From NCBI GenBank assembly GCA_964016885.1, contig OZ024745.1:42346001-42410000 (forward strand): DNA of 64,000 nt. The letters are read 5' to 3'. A program made the position numbers and the translations under genes. Below the pieces are notes generated by a model. It was not told the origin of the DNA. It did not search any database and saw only the letters and a program-made list of their open reading frames with translations. Every line of letters begins with the position of its first letter. Position 1 is the stretch's first letter. The DNA is from Eledone cirrhosa (Eukaryota). This document shows positions 43,201 to 56,650 of this stretch, piece by piece.

Positions 43201-46200
43201 ATAGAATGGAGAGTGACTCCTGGCTTCTGTGAACTGTAGTCTAATCATTGTTGCAGATGACTAGATGACTAGGCAATAGATTGCAGAGTGACTGCGGGCT
43301 TCAGTGAAGTATAGTCTCACCTTATTGCAGATGACTAGATGACAAGGCAAAAGAATGCAGAGTGACTCCGGGTTTCAATGAACTATATTCTCACCTTATT
43401 GCAGATGACTAGATGACTAGGCAATAGAATGCAGTGACTCCTGGCTTCAGTGAAGTATAGTCTAACCATTGTTTCAGATGACTAGATGACTAGGCAATAG
43501 AATGCAGAATGACTCCTGGCTTCTGTGAGCTATAGTCCCACCTTATTGCAGATGACTAGATTACTACGCAATAGAATGCAGAGTGACTCCTGGCTTCAGT
43601 GAACTATAGTCTCACATTATTGCAGATGACTAGAAGACTAGGCAATAGAATGCAGCGTCACTCCTGACTTCTGTGAACTGTAGTATATCCATTGTTGCAG
43701 ATGAATAGATGACTAGGCAATAGATTGCAGAGGGACTCCTGGCTTCAGTGAAGTATAGTCTCACCTTATTGCAGACGACTAGATGACTAGGCAATAGAAT
43801 GCAGAGTGACTCCTGGCTTCAGTGAACTATAGTCTCACCTTATTGCAGATGACGAGATGACTAGGCAATAGATTGCAGAGTGACTCCTGGCTTCTGTGAA
43901 CTATAGTCTCACCTTATTGCAGATGACTAGATGACTAGGCAATAGAATGCAGAGTGACTCCTGGCTTCAGTGAAGTATAGTCTAACTATTGTTGCAGATG
44001 ACTAGATGACTAGGCAATAGAATGCAGAGTGACTCCTGGCTTCTGTGAACTATAGTCTCACCTTATTGCAGATGACTATATGACTAGGCAATAGAATGCA
44101 GAGTGACTCCTGGCTTCAGTGAAGTATAGTCTAACCATTGTTGCAGATGACTAGATGACTAGGCAATAGAATGCAGAGTGACTCCTGGCTTCAGTGAACT
44201 ATATTCTCAGCTTATTGCGGATGACTAGATGACTAGGCAATAGAATGCAGAGTGACTCCTGACTTCAGTGAACTATAGTCTCACCTATTGCAGATGACTA
44301 AATGACTAGGCAAAAGAATGCAGAGTGACTCCGGGTTTCAATGAACTATAGTCTCACCTTATTGCAGATGACTAGATGACTAGCCAATAGAATGCAGTGA
44401 CTCCTGGCTTCAGTTAAGTATAGTCTAACCATTGTTGCAGATGACTAGATGACTAGGCAATAGATTGCAGAGTGACTCCGGGTTTCAGTGAACTATAATC
44501 TCACCTTATTGCAGATGACTAGATGACTAGGCAATAGAATGCAGAGGGACTCCTGGCTTCAGTGAACTATAGTCTCACCTTATTGCAGATGACTAGATGA
44601 CTAGGCAATAGAATGCAGAGTGACTCCTGGCTTCGGTGAAGTATAGTCTAACCTTTGTTGCAGATGACTAGATGACTAGTCAATAGAATGCAGAGTGACT
44701 CCTGGCTTCAGTGAACTATAGTCTCACCGTATTGCAGATGACTAGATGACTAGGCAATAGAATGCAGAGTGACTCCTGGCTTCAGTGAAGTATAGTCTAA
44801 CCATTGTTGCAGATGACTAGATGACTAGGCAATAGAATGCAGTGACTCCTGGCTTCAGTGAAGTATAGTCTAACCATTGTTGCAGATGACTAGATGACTA
44901 GGCAATAGAATGCAGAATGACTCCTGGCTTCAGTGAACAATAGTCTCAACTTATTGCAGATGACTAGATGACTAGGCAATAGAATGGAGAGTGACTCCTG
45001 GCTTCTGTGAACTGTAGTCTAATCATTGTTGCAGATGACTAGATGACTAGGCAATAGATTGCAGAGTGACTGCGGGCTTCAGTGAAGTATAGTCTCACCT
45101 TATTGCAGATGACTAGATGACAAGGCAAAAGAATGCAGTGTGACTCCGGGTTTCAATGAACTATAGTCTCACCTTATTGCAGATGACTAGATGACTAGGC
45201 AATAGAATGCAGTGACTCCTGGCTTCAGTGAAGTATAGTCTAACCATTGTTTCAGATGACTAGATGACTAGGCAATAGAATGCAGAATGACTCCTGGCTT
45301 CTGTGAACTATAGTCCCACCTTATTGCAGATGACTAGATTACTACGCAATAGAATGCAGAGTGACTCCTGGCTTCAGTGAACTATAGTCTCACATTATTG
45401 CAGATGACTAGAAGACTAGGCAATAGAATGCAGCGTGACTCCTGACTTCTGTGAACTGTAGTATAACCATTGTTGCAGATGAATAGATGACTAGGCAATA
45501 GATTGCAGAGTGACTACGGGTTCAGTGAAGTATAGTCTCACCTTATTGCAGATGACTAGATGACTAGGCAATAGAATGCAGAGTGACTCCTGGCGTCAGT
45601 GAACTATAGTCTCACCTTATTGCAGATGACGAGATGACTAGGCAATAGAATGCAGAGTGACTCCTGGCTTCTGTGAACTATAGTCTCACTTTATTGCAGA
45701 TGAATAGATGACTAGGCAATAGAATGCAGAGTGACTCCTGGCTTCAGTGAAGTATAGTCTAACCATTGTTGCAGAAGACTAGATGACTAGGCAATAGAAT
45801 GCAGAGTGACTCCTGGCTTCTGTGAACTATAGTCTCACCTTATTGCAGATGACTATATGACTAGGCAATAGAATGCAGAGTGACTCCTGGCTTCAGTGAA
45901 GTATAGTCTAACCATTGTTGCAGATGACTAGATGACTAGGCAATAGAATGCAGAGTGACTCCTGGCTTCAGTGAACTATAGTCTCACCTTATTGCAGATG
46001 ACTAGATGACTAGGCAATAGAATGCAGTGACTCCTGGCTTCAGTTAAGTATAGTCTAACCATTGTTGCAGATGATTAGATGACTAGGCAATAGATTGCAG
46101 AGTGACTCCAGGTTTCAGTGAACTATAGTCTCACCTTATTGCAGATGACTAGATGACTAGGCAATAGAATGCAGAGTGACTCCTGGCTTCAGTGAACTAT

Positions 46201-49200
46201 AGTCTCACCTTAGTGCAGATGACTAGATGACTAGGCAATAGAATGCAGAGGGACTCCTGGCTTCAGTGAACTATAGTCTCACCTTTGTTGCAGATGACTA
46301 GATGACTAGGCAATAGAATGCAGAGTGACTCCTGGCTTCAGTGAACTATAGTCTCACCTTATTGCAGATGACTAGATGACTAGGCAATAGAATGCAGAGG
46401 GACTCCTGGCTTCAGTGAACTATAGTCTCACCTTATTGCAGATGACTAGATGACTAGGCAATAGAATGCAGAGTGACTCCTGGCTTCGGTGAAGTATAGT
46501 CTGACCTTTGTTGCAGATGACTAGATGACTAGTCAATAGAATGCAGAGTGACTCCTGGCTTCAGTGAACTATAGTCTCACCTTATTGCAGATGACTAGAT
46601 GACTAGGCAATAGAATGCAGAGTGACTCCTGGCTTCAGTGAAGTATAGTCTAACCATTGTTGCAGATGACTAGATGACTAGGCAATAGAATGCAGTGACT
46701 CCTGGCTTCAGTGAAGTATAGTCTAACCATTGTTGCAGATGACTAGATGACTAAGCAATAGAATGCAGAATGACTCCTGGCTTCAGTGAACTATAGTCTC
46801 AACTTATTGCAGATGACTAGATGACTAGCCAATAGAATGGAGAGTGACTCCTGGCTTCTGTGAACTGTAGTCTAATCATTGTTGCAGATGACTAGATGAC
46901 TAGGCAATAGATTGCAGAGTGACTGTGGGCTTCAGTGAAGTATAGTCTCACCTTATTGCAGATGACTAGATGACAAGGCAAAAGAATGCAGAGTGACTCC
47001 GGGTTTCAATGAACTATAGTCTCACCTTATTGCAGATGACTAGATGACTAGGCAATAGAATGCAGTGACTCCTGGCTTCAGTGAAGTATAGACTAACCAT
47101 TGTTTCAGATGACTAGATGACTAGGAAATAGAATGCAGAATGACTCCTGGCTTCTGTGAACTATATTCCCACCTTATTGCAGATGACTAGATTACTACGC
47201 AATAGAATGCAGAGTGACTCCTGGCTTCAGTGAACTATAGTCTCACATTATTGCAGATGACTAGAAGACTAGGCAATAGAATGCAGCGTGACTCCTGGCT
47301 TCTGTGAATTGTAGTATAACCATTGTTGCAGATGAATAGATGACTAGGCAATAGATTGCAGAGTGACTCCGGGTTCAGTGAAGTATAGTCTCACTTTATT
47401 GCAGATGACTAGATGACTAGGCAATAGAATGCAGAGTGACTCCTGGCTTCAGTGAACTATAGTCTCACCTTATTGCAGATGACTGGATGACTAGGCAATA
47501 GAATGCAGAGTGACTCCTGGCTTCAGTGAAGTATAGTCTAACCATTGTTGCAGATGACTGGATGACTAGGCAATAGAATGCAGAGTGACTCCTGGCTTCA
47601 GTGAACTATATTCTCAGCTTATTGCGGATGACTAGATGACTAGGCAATAGAATGCAGAGTGACTCCTGACTTCAGTGAACTATAGTCTCACCTATTGCAG
47701 ATGACTAGATGACTAGGCAAAAGAATGCAGAGTGACTCCGGGTTTCAATGAACTATAGTCTCACCTTATTGCAGATGACTAGATGACTAGGCAATAGAAT
47801 GCAGTGACTCCTGGCTTCAGTTAAGTATAGTCTAACCATTGTTGCAGATGACTAGATGACTAGGCAATAGATTGCAGAGGGTCTCCTGGCTTCTGTGAAC
47901 TATAGTCCCACCTTATTGCAGATGACTAGATTACTACGCAATAGAATGCAGAGTGACTCCTGGCTTCAATGAACTATAGTCTCACATTATTGCAGATGAC
48001 TAGAAGACTAGGCAATAGAATGCAGCGTGACTCCTGGCTTCAGTGAACTGTAGTATAACCATTGTTGCAGATGAATAGATGACTAGGCAATAGATTGCAG
48101 AGTGACTCCGGGTTCAGTGAAGTATAGTCTCACCTTATTGCAGATGACTAGATGACTAGGCAATAGAATGCAGTGACTCCTGGCTTCAGTGAAGTATAGA
48201 CTAACCATTGTTTCAGATGACTAGATGACTATGAAATAGAATGCAGAATGACTCCTGGCTTCTGTGAACTATATTCCCACCTTATTGCAGATGACTAGAT
48301 TACTACGCAATAGAATGCAGAGTGACTCCTGGCTTCAGTGAACTATAGTCTCACATTATTGCAGATGACTAGAAGACTAGGCAATAGAATGCAGCGTGAC
48401 TCCTGGCTTCTGTGAATTGTAGTATAACCATTGTTGCAGATGAATAGATGACTAGGCAATAGATTGCAGAGTGACTTCGGGTTCAGTGAAGTATAGTCTC
48501 ACCTTATTGCAGATGACTAGATGACTAGGCAATAGAATGCAGAGTGACTCCTGGCTTCAGTGAACTATAGTCTCACCTTATTGCAGATGACTGGATGACT
48601 AGGCAATAGAATGCAGAGTGACTCCTGGCTTCAGTGAAGTATAGTCTAACCATTGTTGCAGATGACTGGATGACTAGGCAATAGAATGCAGAGTGACTCC
48701 TGGCTTCTGTGAACTATAGTCTCACCTTATTGCAGATGACTATATGACTAGGCAATAGAATGCAGAGTGACTCCTGGCTTCAGTGAAGTATGCTCTAACC
48801 ATTGTTGCAGATGACTAGATGACTAGGCAATAGAATGCAGAGTGACTCCTGGCTTCAGTGAACTATATTCTCAGCTTATTGCGGATGACTAGATGACTAG
48901 GCAATAGAATGCAGAGTGACTCCTGACTTCAGTGAACTATAGTCTCACCTATTGCAGATGACTAGATGACTAGGCAAAAGAATGCAGAGTGACTCCGGGT
49001 TTCAATGAACTATAGTCTCACCTTATTGCAGATGACTAGATGACTAGGCAATAGAATGCAGTGACTCCTGGCTTCAGTTAAGTATAGTCTAACCATTGTT
49101 GCAGATGACTAGATGACTAGGCAATAGATTGCAGAGTGACTCCGGGTTTCAGTGAACTATAGTCTCACCTTATTGCAGATGACTAGATGACTAGACAATA

Positions 49201-50570
49201 GAATGCAGAGTGACTCCTGGCTTCAGTGAACTATAGTCTCACCTTAGTGCAGATGACTAGACGACTAGGCAATAGAATGCAGAGGGACTCCTGGCATCAG
49301 TGAACTATAGTCTCACCTTTGTTGCAGATGACTAGATGACTAGGCAATAGAATGCAGAGTGACTCCTGGCTTCAGTGAACTATAGTCTCACCTTATTGCA
49401 GATGACTAGATGACTAGGCAATAGAATGCAGAGGGACTCCTGGCTTCAGTGAACTATAGTCTCACCTTATTGCAGATGACTAGATGACTAGGCAATAGAA
49501 TGCAGAGTGACTCCTGGCTTCGGTGAAGTATAGTCTGACCTTTGTTGCAGATGACTAGATGACTAGTCAATAGAATGCAGAGTGACTCCTGGCTTCAGTA
49601 AACTATAGTCTCACCTTATTGCAGATGACTAGATGACTAGGCAATAGAATGCAGAGTGACTCCTGGCTTCAGTGAAGTATAGTCTAACCATTGTTGCAGA
49701 TGACTAGATGACTAGGCAATAGAATGCAGTGACTCCTGGCTTCAGTGAAGTATAGTCTAACCATTGTTGCAGATGACTAGATGACTAGGCAATAGAATGC
49801 AGAATGACTCCTGGCTTCAGTGAACTATAGTCTCAACTTATTGCAGATGACTAGATGACTAGGCAATAGAATGGAGAGTGACTCCTGGCTTCTGTGAACT
49901 GTAGTCTAATCATTGTTGCAGATGACTAGATGACTAGGCAATAGATTGCAGAGTGACTGCGGGCTTCAGTGAAGTATAGTCTCACCTTATTGCAGATGAC
50001 TAGATGACAAGGCAAAAGAATGCAGAGTGACTCCGGGTTTCAATGAACTATAGTCTCACCTTATTGCAGATGACTAGATGACTAGGCAATAGAATGCAGT
50101 GACTCCTGGCTTCAGTGAAGTATAGACTAACCATTGTTTCAGATGACTAGATGACTAGGAAATAGAATGCAGAATGACTCCTGACTTCTGTGAACTATAG
50201 TCCCACCTTATTGCAGATGACTAGATTACTACGCAATAGAATGCAGAGTGACTCCTGGCTTCAGTGAACTATAGTCTCACATTATTGCAGATGACTAGAA
50301 GACTAGGCAATAGAATGCAGCGTGACTCCTGGCTTCTGTGAATTGTAGTATAACCATTGTTGCAGATGAATAGATGACTAGGCAATAGATTGCAGAGTGA
50401 CTCCGGGTTCAGTGAAGTATAGTCTCACCTTATTGCAGATGACTAGATGACTAGGCAATAGAATGCAGAGTGACTCCTGGCTTCAGTGAACTATAGTCTC
50501 ACCTTATTGCAGATGACTGGATGACTAGGCAATAGAATGCAGAGTGACTCCTGGCTTCAGTGAAGTATAC
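40250..50570. repeat. More diverged ~24-26-monomer higher-order units
   Basis: GAATGGAG at 41278, 43204, 44982, 46835 and 49869 (spacings 1926, 1778, 1853, 3034), with many copy-private substitutions. Confidence 0.75.
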
Positions 50571-50699
50571 TCTAACCATTGTTGCAGATGACTAGATGAC
50601 TAGGCAATAGAATGCAGAGTGACACCTGGCTTCAGTGAACTATAGTCTCGCCTTATTGCAGATGACTAGATGACTAGGCAATAGAATGCAGAGTTACTC

Positions 50700-53600
50700 C
50701 TGGCTTCAGTGAACTATAGTCTCACCTTATTGCAGATGACTAGATGACTAGGCAATAGAATGCAGAGTGACACCTGTCTTCTGTGAAGTATAGTCTAACC
50801 ATTGTTGCCGATGACTAGATGACTAGGCAATAGAATGCAGAGTGACTCCTGGCTTCTGTGAACTATAGTCTCACCTTATTGCAGATGACTAGATGACTAC
50901 GCAATAGAATGCAGAGTGACTCCTGGCTTCAGTGAACTATAGTCTCACCTTATTGCAGATGACTAGATGACTAGGCAATAGAATGCAGAGTGTCTCCTGG
51001 TTTCAGTGAAGCATAGTCTCACCTTATTGCAGATGACTAGATGACTAGGCAATAGAATGCAGAGTGACTCCTGGCTTCAGTGAAGTATAGTCACACCTTA
51101 TTGCAGATGACTAGATGACTAGGCAATAGAATGCAGTGTGACTCCTGGCTTCAGTGAACTATAGTATCACCTTATTGCAGATGACTAGATTACTAGGCAA
51201 TAGAATGCAGAGTGACTCCTGGCTTAAGTGAACTATAGTCTCACCTTATTGCAGATGACTAGATGACTAGGCAATAGAATGCATAGTGACGCTTGGCTTC
51301 AGTGATGTATAGTCTCACCTTATTGCAGATGACTAGATGACTAGGCAATAGAATGTAGAGTGACTCCTGGCTTCAGTGAACTATAGTCTCACCTTATTGC
51401 AGATGACTAGATGACTAGGCAATAGAATGCAGAGTGACACCTGTCTTCTGTGAAGTATAGTCTTACCATTGTTGCAGATGACTAGATGACTAGGCAATAG
51501 AATGCAGAGTGAGTCCTGGCTTCAGTGAAGTATAGTCTAGCCATTGTTGCAGATGACTAGATGACTAGGCAATAGAATGCAGAGTGACACCTGTCTACTG
51601 TGAAGTATAGTCTTACCATTGTTGCAGATGACTAGATGACTACGCAATAGAATGCAGAGTGACACCTGGCTTCAGTGAACTATAGTCTCGCCTTATTGCA
51701 GATGACTAGATGACTAGGCATTAGAATGCAGAATGACTCCTGGCTTAAGTGAACTATAGTCTCACCTTATTTCAGATGTCTAGATGACTAGGCAATAGAA
51801 TGTAGAGTGACTCCTGGCTTCAGTGAACTATAGTCTCACCTTATTGCAGATGACTAGATGACTAGGCAATTGAATGCAGAGTGACACCTGTCTTCTGTGA
51901 AGTATAATCTTACCATTGTTGCAGATGACTAGATGACTAGGCAATCGAATGCAGAGTGACACCTGGCTTCAGTGAACTATAGTCTCACCTTATTGCCGAT
52001 GACTAGATTACTAGGCAATAGAATGCAGATTGACTCCTGCTTCAGTGAACTATAGTCTCACCTTATTGCAGATGACTAGATGACTAGGCAATAGAATGCA
52101 GAGTGAGTCCTGGCTTCAGTGAAGTATAGTCTAGCCATTGTTGCAGATGACTAGATGACTAGGCAATAGAATGCAGAGTGACTCCTGGCTTCAGTGAACT
52201 ATAGTATCACCTTATTGCAGATGATTAGATGACTACGCAATAGAATGCAGAGTGACTCCTGGCTTCAGTGAACTATAGTCTCACATTATTGCAGATGACT
52301 AGAAGACTAGGCAATAGAATGCAGCGTGACTCCTGGCTTCTGTGAATTGTAGTATAACCATTGTTGCAGATGAATAGATGACTAGGCAATAGATTGCAGA
52401 GTGACTCCGGGTTCAGTGAAGTATAGTCTCACCTTATTGCAGATGACTAGATGACTAGGCAATAGAATGCAGTGTGACTCCTGGCTTCAGTGAACTATAG
52501 TCTCACCTTATTGCAGATGACTGGATGACTAGGCAATAGAATGCAGAGTGACTCCTGGCTTCAGTGAAGTATAGTCTAACCATTGTTGCAGATGACTGGA
52601 TGACTAGGCAATAGAATGCAGAGTGACTCCTGGCTTCTGTGAACTATAGTCTCACCTTATTGCAGATGACTATATGACTAGGCAATAGAATGCAGAGTGA
52701 CTCCTGGCTTCAGTGAAGTATACTCTAACCATTGTTGCAGATGACTGGATGACTAGGCAATAGAATGCAGAGTGACTCCTGGCTTCTGTGAACTATAGTC
52801 TCACCTTATTGCAGATGACTATATGACTAGGCAATAGAATGCAGAGTGACTCCTGGCTTCAGTGAAGTATAGTCTAACCATTGTTGCAGATGACTGGATG
52901 ACTAGGCAATAGAATGCAGAGTGACTCCTGGCTTCTGTGAACTATAGTCTCACCTTATTGCAGATGACTATATGACTAGGCAATAGAATGCAGAGTGACT
53001 CCTGGCTTCAGTGAACTAAAGTCTCACCTTATTGCAGATGACTAGATGACTAGGCAATAGAATGCAGAGTGACACCTGTCTTCTGTGAAGTATAGTCTAA
53101 CCATTGTTGCCGATGACTAGATGACTAGGCAATAGAATGCAGAGTGACTCCTGGCTTCTGTGAACTATAGTCTCACCTTATTGCAGATGACTAGATGACT
53201 ACGCAATAGAATGCAGAGTGACTCCTGGCTTCAGTGAACTATAGTCTCACCTTATTGCAGATGACTAGATGACTAGGCAATAGAATGCAGAGTGTCTCCT
53301 GGTTTCAGTGAAGCATAGTCTCACCTTATTGCAGATGACTAGATGACTAGGCAATAGAATGCAGAGTGACTCCTGGCTTCAGTGAAGTATACTCTAACCA
53401 TTGTTGCAGATGACTGGATGACTAGGCAATAGAATGCATAGTGACGCCTGGCTTCAGTGATGTATAGTCTCACCTTATTGCAGATGACTAGATGACTAGG
53501 CAATAGAATGTAGAGTGACTCCTGGCTTCAGTGAACTATAGTCTCACCTTATTGCAGATGACTAGATGACTAGGCAATAGAATGCAGAGTGACACCTGTC

Positions 53601-56600
53601 TTCTGTGAAGTATAGTCTTACCATTGTTGCAGATGACTAGATGACTAGGCAATAGAATGCAGAGTGAGTCCTGGCTTCAGTGAAGTATAGTCTAGCCATT
53701 GTTGCAGATGACTAGATGACTAGGCAATAGAATGCAGAGTGACACCTGTCTACTGTGAAGTATAGTCTTACCATTGTTGCAGATGACTAGATGACTACGC
53801 AATAGAATGCAGAGTGACACCTGGCTTCAGTGAACTATAGTCTCGCCTTATTGCAGATGACTAGATGACTAGGCATTAGAATGCAGAATGACTCCTGGCT
53901 TAAGTGAACTATAGTCTCACCTTATTGCAGATGACTAGATGACTAGGCAATAGAATGTAGAGTGACTCCTGGCTTCAGTGAACTATAGTCTCACCTTATT
54001 GCAGATGACTAGATGACTAGGCAATAGAATGCAGAGTGACACCTGTCTTCTGTGAAGTATAGTCTTACCATTGTTGCAGATGACTAGATGACTAGGCAAT
54101 AGAATGCAGAGTGAGTCCTGGCTTCAGTGAAGTATAGTCTAGCCATTGTTGCAGATGACTAGATGACTAGGCAATAGAATGCAGAGTGACACCTGTCTAC
54201 TGTGAAGTATAGTCTTACCATTGTTGCAGATAACTAGATGACTACGCAATAGAATGCAGAGTGACACCTGGCTTCAGTGAACTATAGTCTCGCCTTATTG
54301 CAGATGACTAGATGACTAGGCATTAGAATGCAGAATGACTCCTGGCTTAAGTGAACTATAGTCTCACCTTATTGCAGATGACTAGATGACTAGGCAATAG
54401 AATGTAGAGTGACTCCTGGCTTCAGTGAACTATAGTCTCACCTTATTGCAGATGACTAGATGACTAGGCAATTGAATGCAGAGTGACACCTGTCTTCTGT
54501 GAAGTATAATCTTACCATTGTTGCAGATGACTAGATGACTAGGCAATCGAATGCAGAGTGACACCTGGCTTCAGTGAACTATAGTCTCACCTTATTGCCG
54601 ATGACTAGATTACTAGGCAATAGAATGCAGATTGACTCCTGCTTCAGTGAACTATAGTCTCACCTTATTGCAGATGACTAGATGACTAGGCAATAGAATG
54701 CAGAGTGAGTCCTGGCTTCAGTGAAGTATAGTCTAGCCATTGTTGCAGATGACTAGATGACTAGGCAATAGAATGCAGAGTGACTCCTGGCTTCAGTGAA
54801 CTATAGTATCACCTTATTGCAGATGATTAGATGACTACGCAATAGAATGCAGAGTGACTCCTGGCTTCAGTGAACTATAGTCTCACATTATTGCAGATGA
54901 CTAGAAGACTAGGCAATAGAATGCAGCGTGACTCCTGGCTTCTGTGAATTGTAGTATAACCATTGTTGCAGATGAATAGATGACTAGGCAATAGATTGCA
55001 GAGTGACTCCGGGTTCAGTGAAGTATAGTCTCACCTTATTGCAGATGACTAGATGACTAGGCAATAGAATGCAGTGTGACTCCTGGCTTCAGTGAACTAT
55101 AGTCTCACCTTATTGCAGATGACTGGATGACTAGGCAATAGAATGCAGAGTGACTCCTGGCTTCAGTGAAGTATAGTCTAACCATTGTTGCAGATGACTG
55201 GATGACTAGGCAATAGAATGCAGAGTGACTCCTGGCTTCTGTGAACTATAGTCTCACCTTATTGCAGATGACTATATGACTAGGCAATAGAATGCAGAGT
55301 GACTCCTGGCTTCAGTGAAGTATACTCTAACCATTGTTGCAGATGACTGGATGACTAGGCAATAGAATGCAGAGTGACTCCTGGCTTCTGTGAACTATAG
55401 TCTCACCTTATTGCAGATGACTATATGACTAGGCAATAGAATGCAGAGTGACTCCTGGCTTCAGTGAAGTATAGTCTAACCATTGTTGCAGATGACTGGA
55501 TGACTAGGCAATAGAATGCAGAGTGACTCCTGGCTTCTGTGAACTATAGTCTCACCTTATTGCAGATGACTATATGACTAGGCAATAGAATGCAGAGTGA
55601 CTCCTTCGCTTCAGTGAACTATAGTCTCACCTTATTGCAGATGACTAGATGACTAGGCAATAGAATGCAGAGTGACACCTGTCTTCTGTGAAGTATAGTC
55701 TAACCATTGTTGCCGATGACTAGATGACTAGGCAATAGAATGCAGAGTGACTCCTGGCTTCTGTGAACTATAGTCTCACCTTAATGCAGATGACTAGATG
55801 ACTACGCAATAGAATGCAGAGTGACTCCTGGCTTCAGTGAACTATAGTCTCACCTTATTGCAGATGACTAGATGACTAGGCAATAGAATGCAGAGTGTCT
55901 CCTGGTTTCAGTGAAGCATAGTCTCACCTTATTGCAGATGACTAGATGACTAGGCAATAGAATGCAGAGTGACTCCTGGCTTCAGTGAAGTATAGTCACA
56001 CCTTATTGCAGATGACTAGATGACTAGGCAATAGAATGCAGTGTGACTCCTGGATTCAGTGAACTATAGTATCACCTTATTGCAGATGACTAGATTACTA
56101 GGCAATAGAATGCAGAGTGACTCCTGGCTTAAGTGAACTATAGTCTCACCTTATTGCAGATGACTAGATGACTAGGCAATAGAATGCATAGTGACGCCTG
56201 GCTTCAGTGATGTATAGTCTCACCTTATTGCAGATGACTAGATGACTAGGCAATAGAATGTAGAGTGACTCCTGGCTTCAGTGAACTATAGTCTCACCTT
56301 ATTGCAGATGACTAGATGACTAGGCAATAGAATGCAGAGTGACACCTGTCTTCTGTGAAGTATAGTCTTACCATTGTTGCAGATGACTAGATGACTAGGC
56401 AATAGAATGCAGAGTGAGTCCTGGCTTCAGTGAAGTATAGTCTAGCCATTGTTGCAGATGACTAGATGACTAGGCAATAGAATGCAGAGTGACACCTGTC
56501 TACTGTGAAGTATAGTCTTACCATTGTTGCAGATGACTAGATGACTACGCAATAGAATGCAGAGTGACACCTGGCTTCAGTGAACTATAGTCTCGCCTTA

Positions 56601-56650
56601 TTGCAGATGACTAGATGACTAGGCATTAGAATGCAGAATGACTCCTGCTT
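50700..56650. repeat. Chimeric 2.3-2.6 kb higher-order unit containing both subfamily II and subfamily I monomers, ~2.5 copies
   Basis: GCATAGTCTC 51011/53313/55916 (2302, 2603); GCAGCGTG 52321/54923 (2602); GCAGATTGACTCCTGCTTC monomer 52021/54623 (2602). Confidence 0.85.

Larger units (their letters stand above)
1..50570. repeat. Satellite subfamily I domain
   Basis: Recurrent variants: CTCCGGGTT, 2-bp deletion GCAGTGACT, GGCAAAAG, TGTTTCAG, TCAGCTTATTGCGG, GATTACTACGC/GATTAACGC, TCCCACC, GAATGGAG. Confidence 0.85.
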
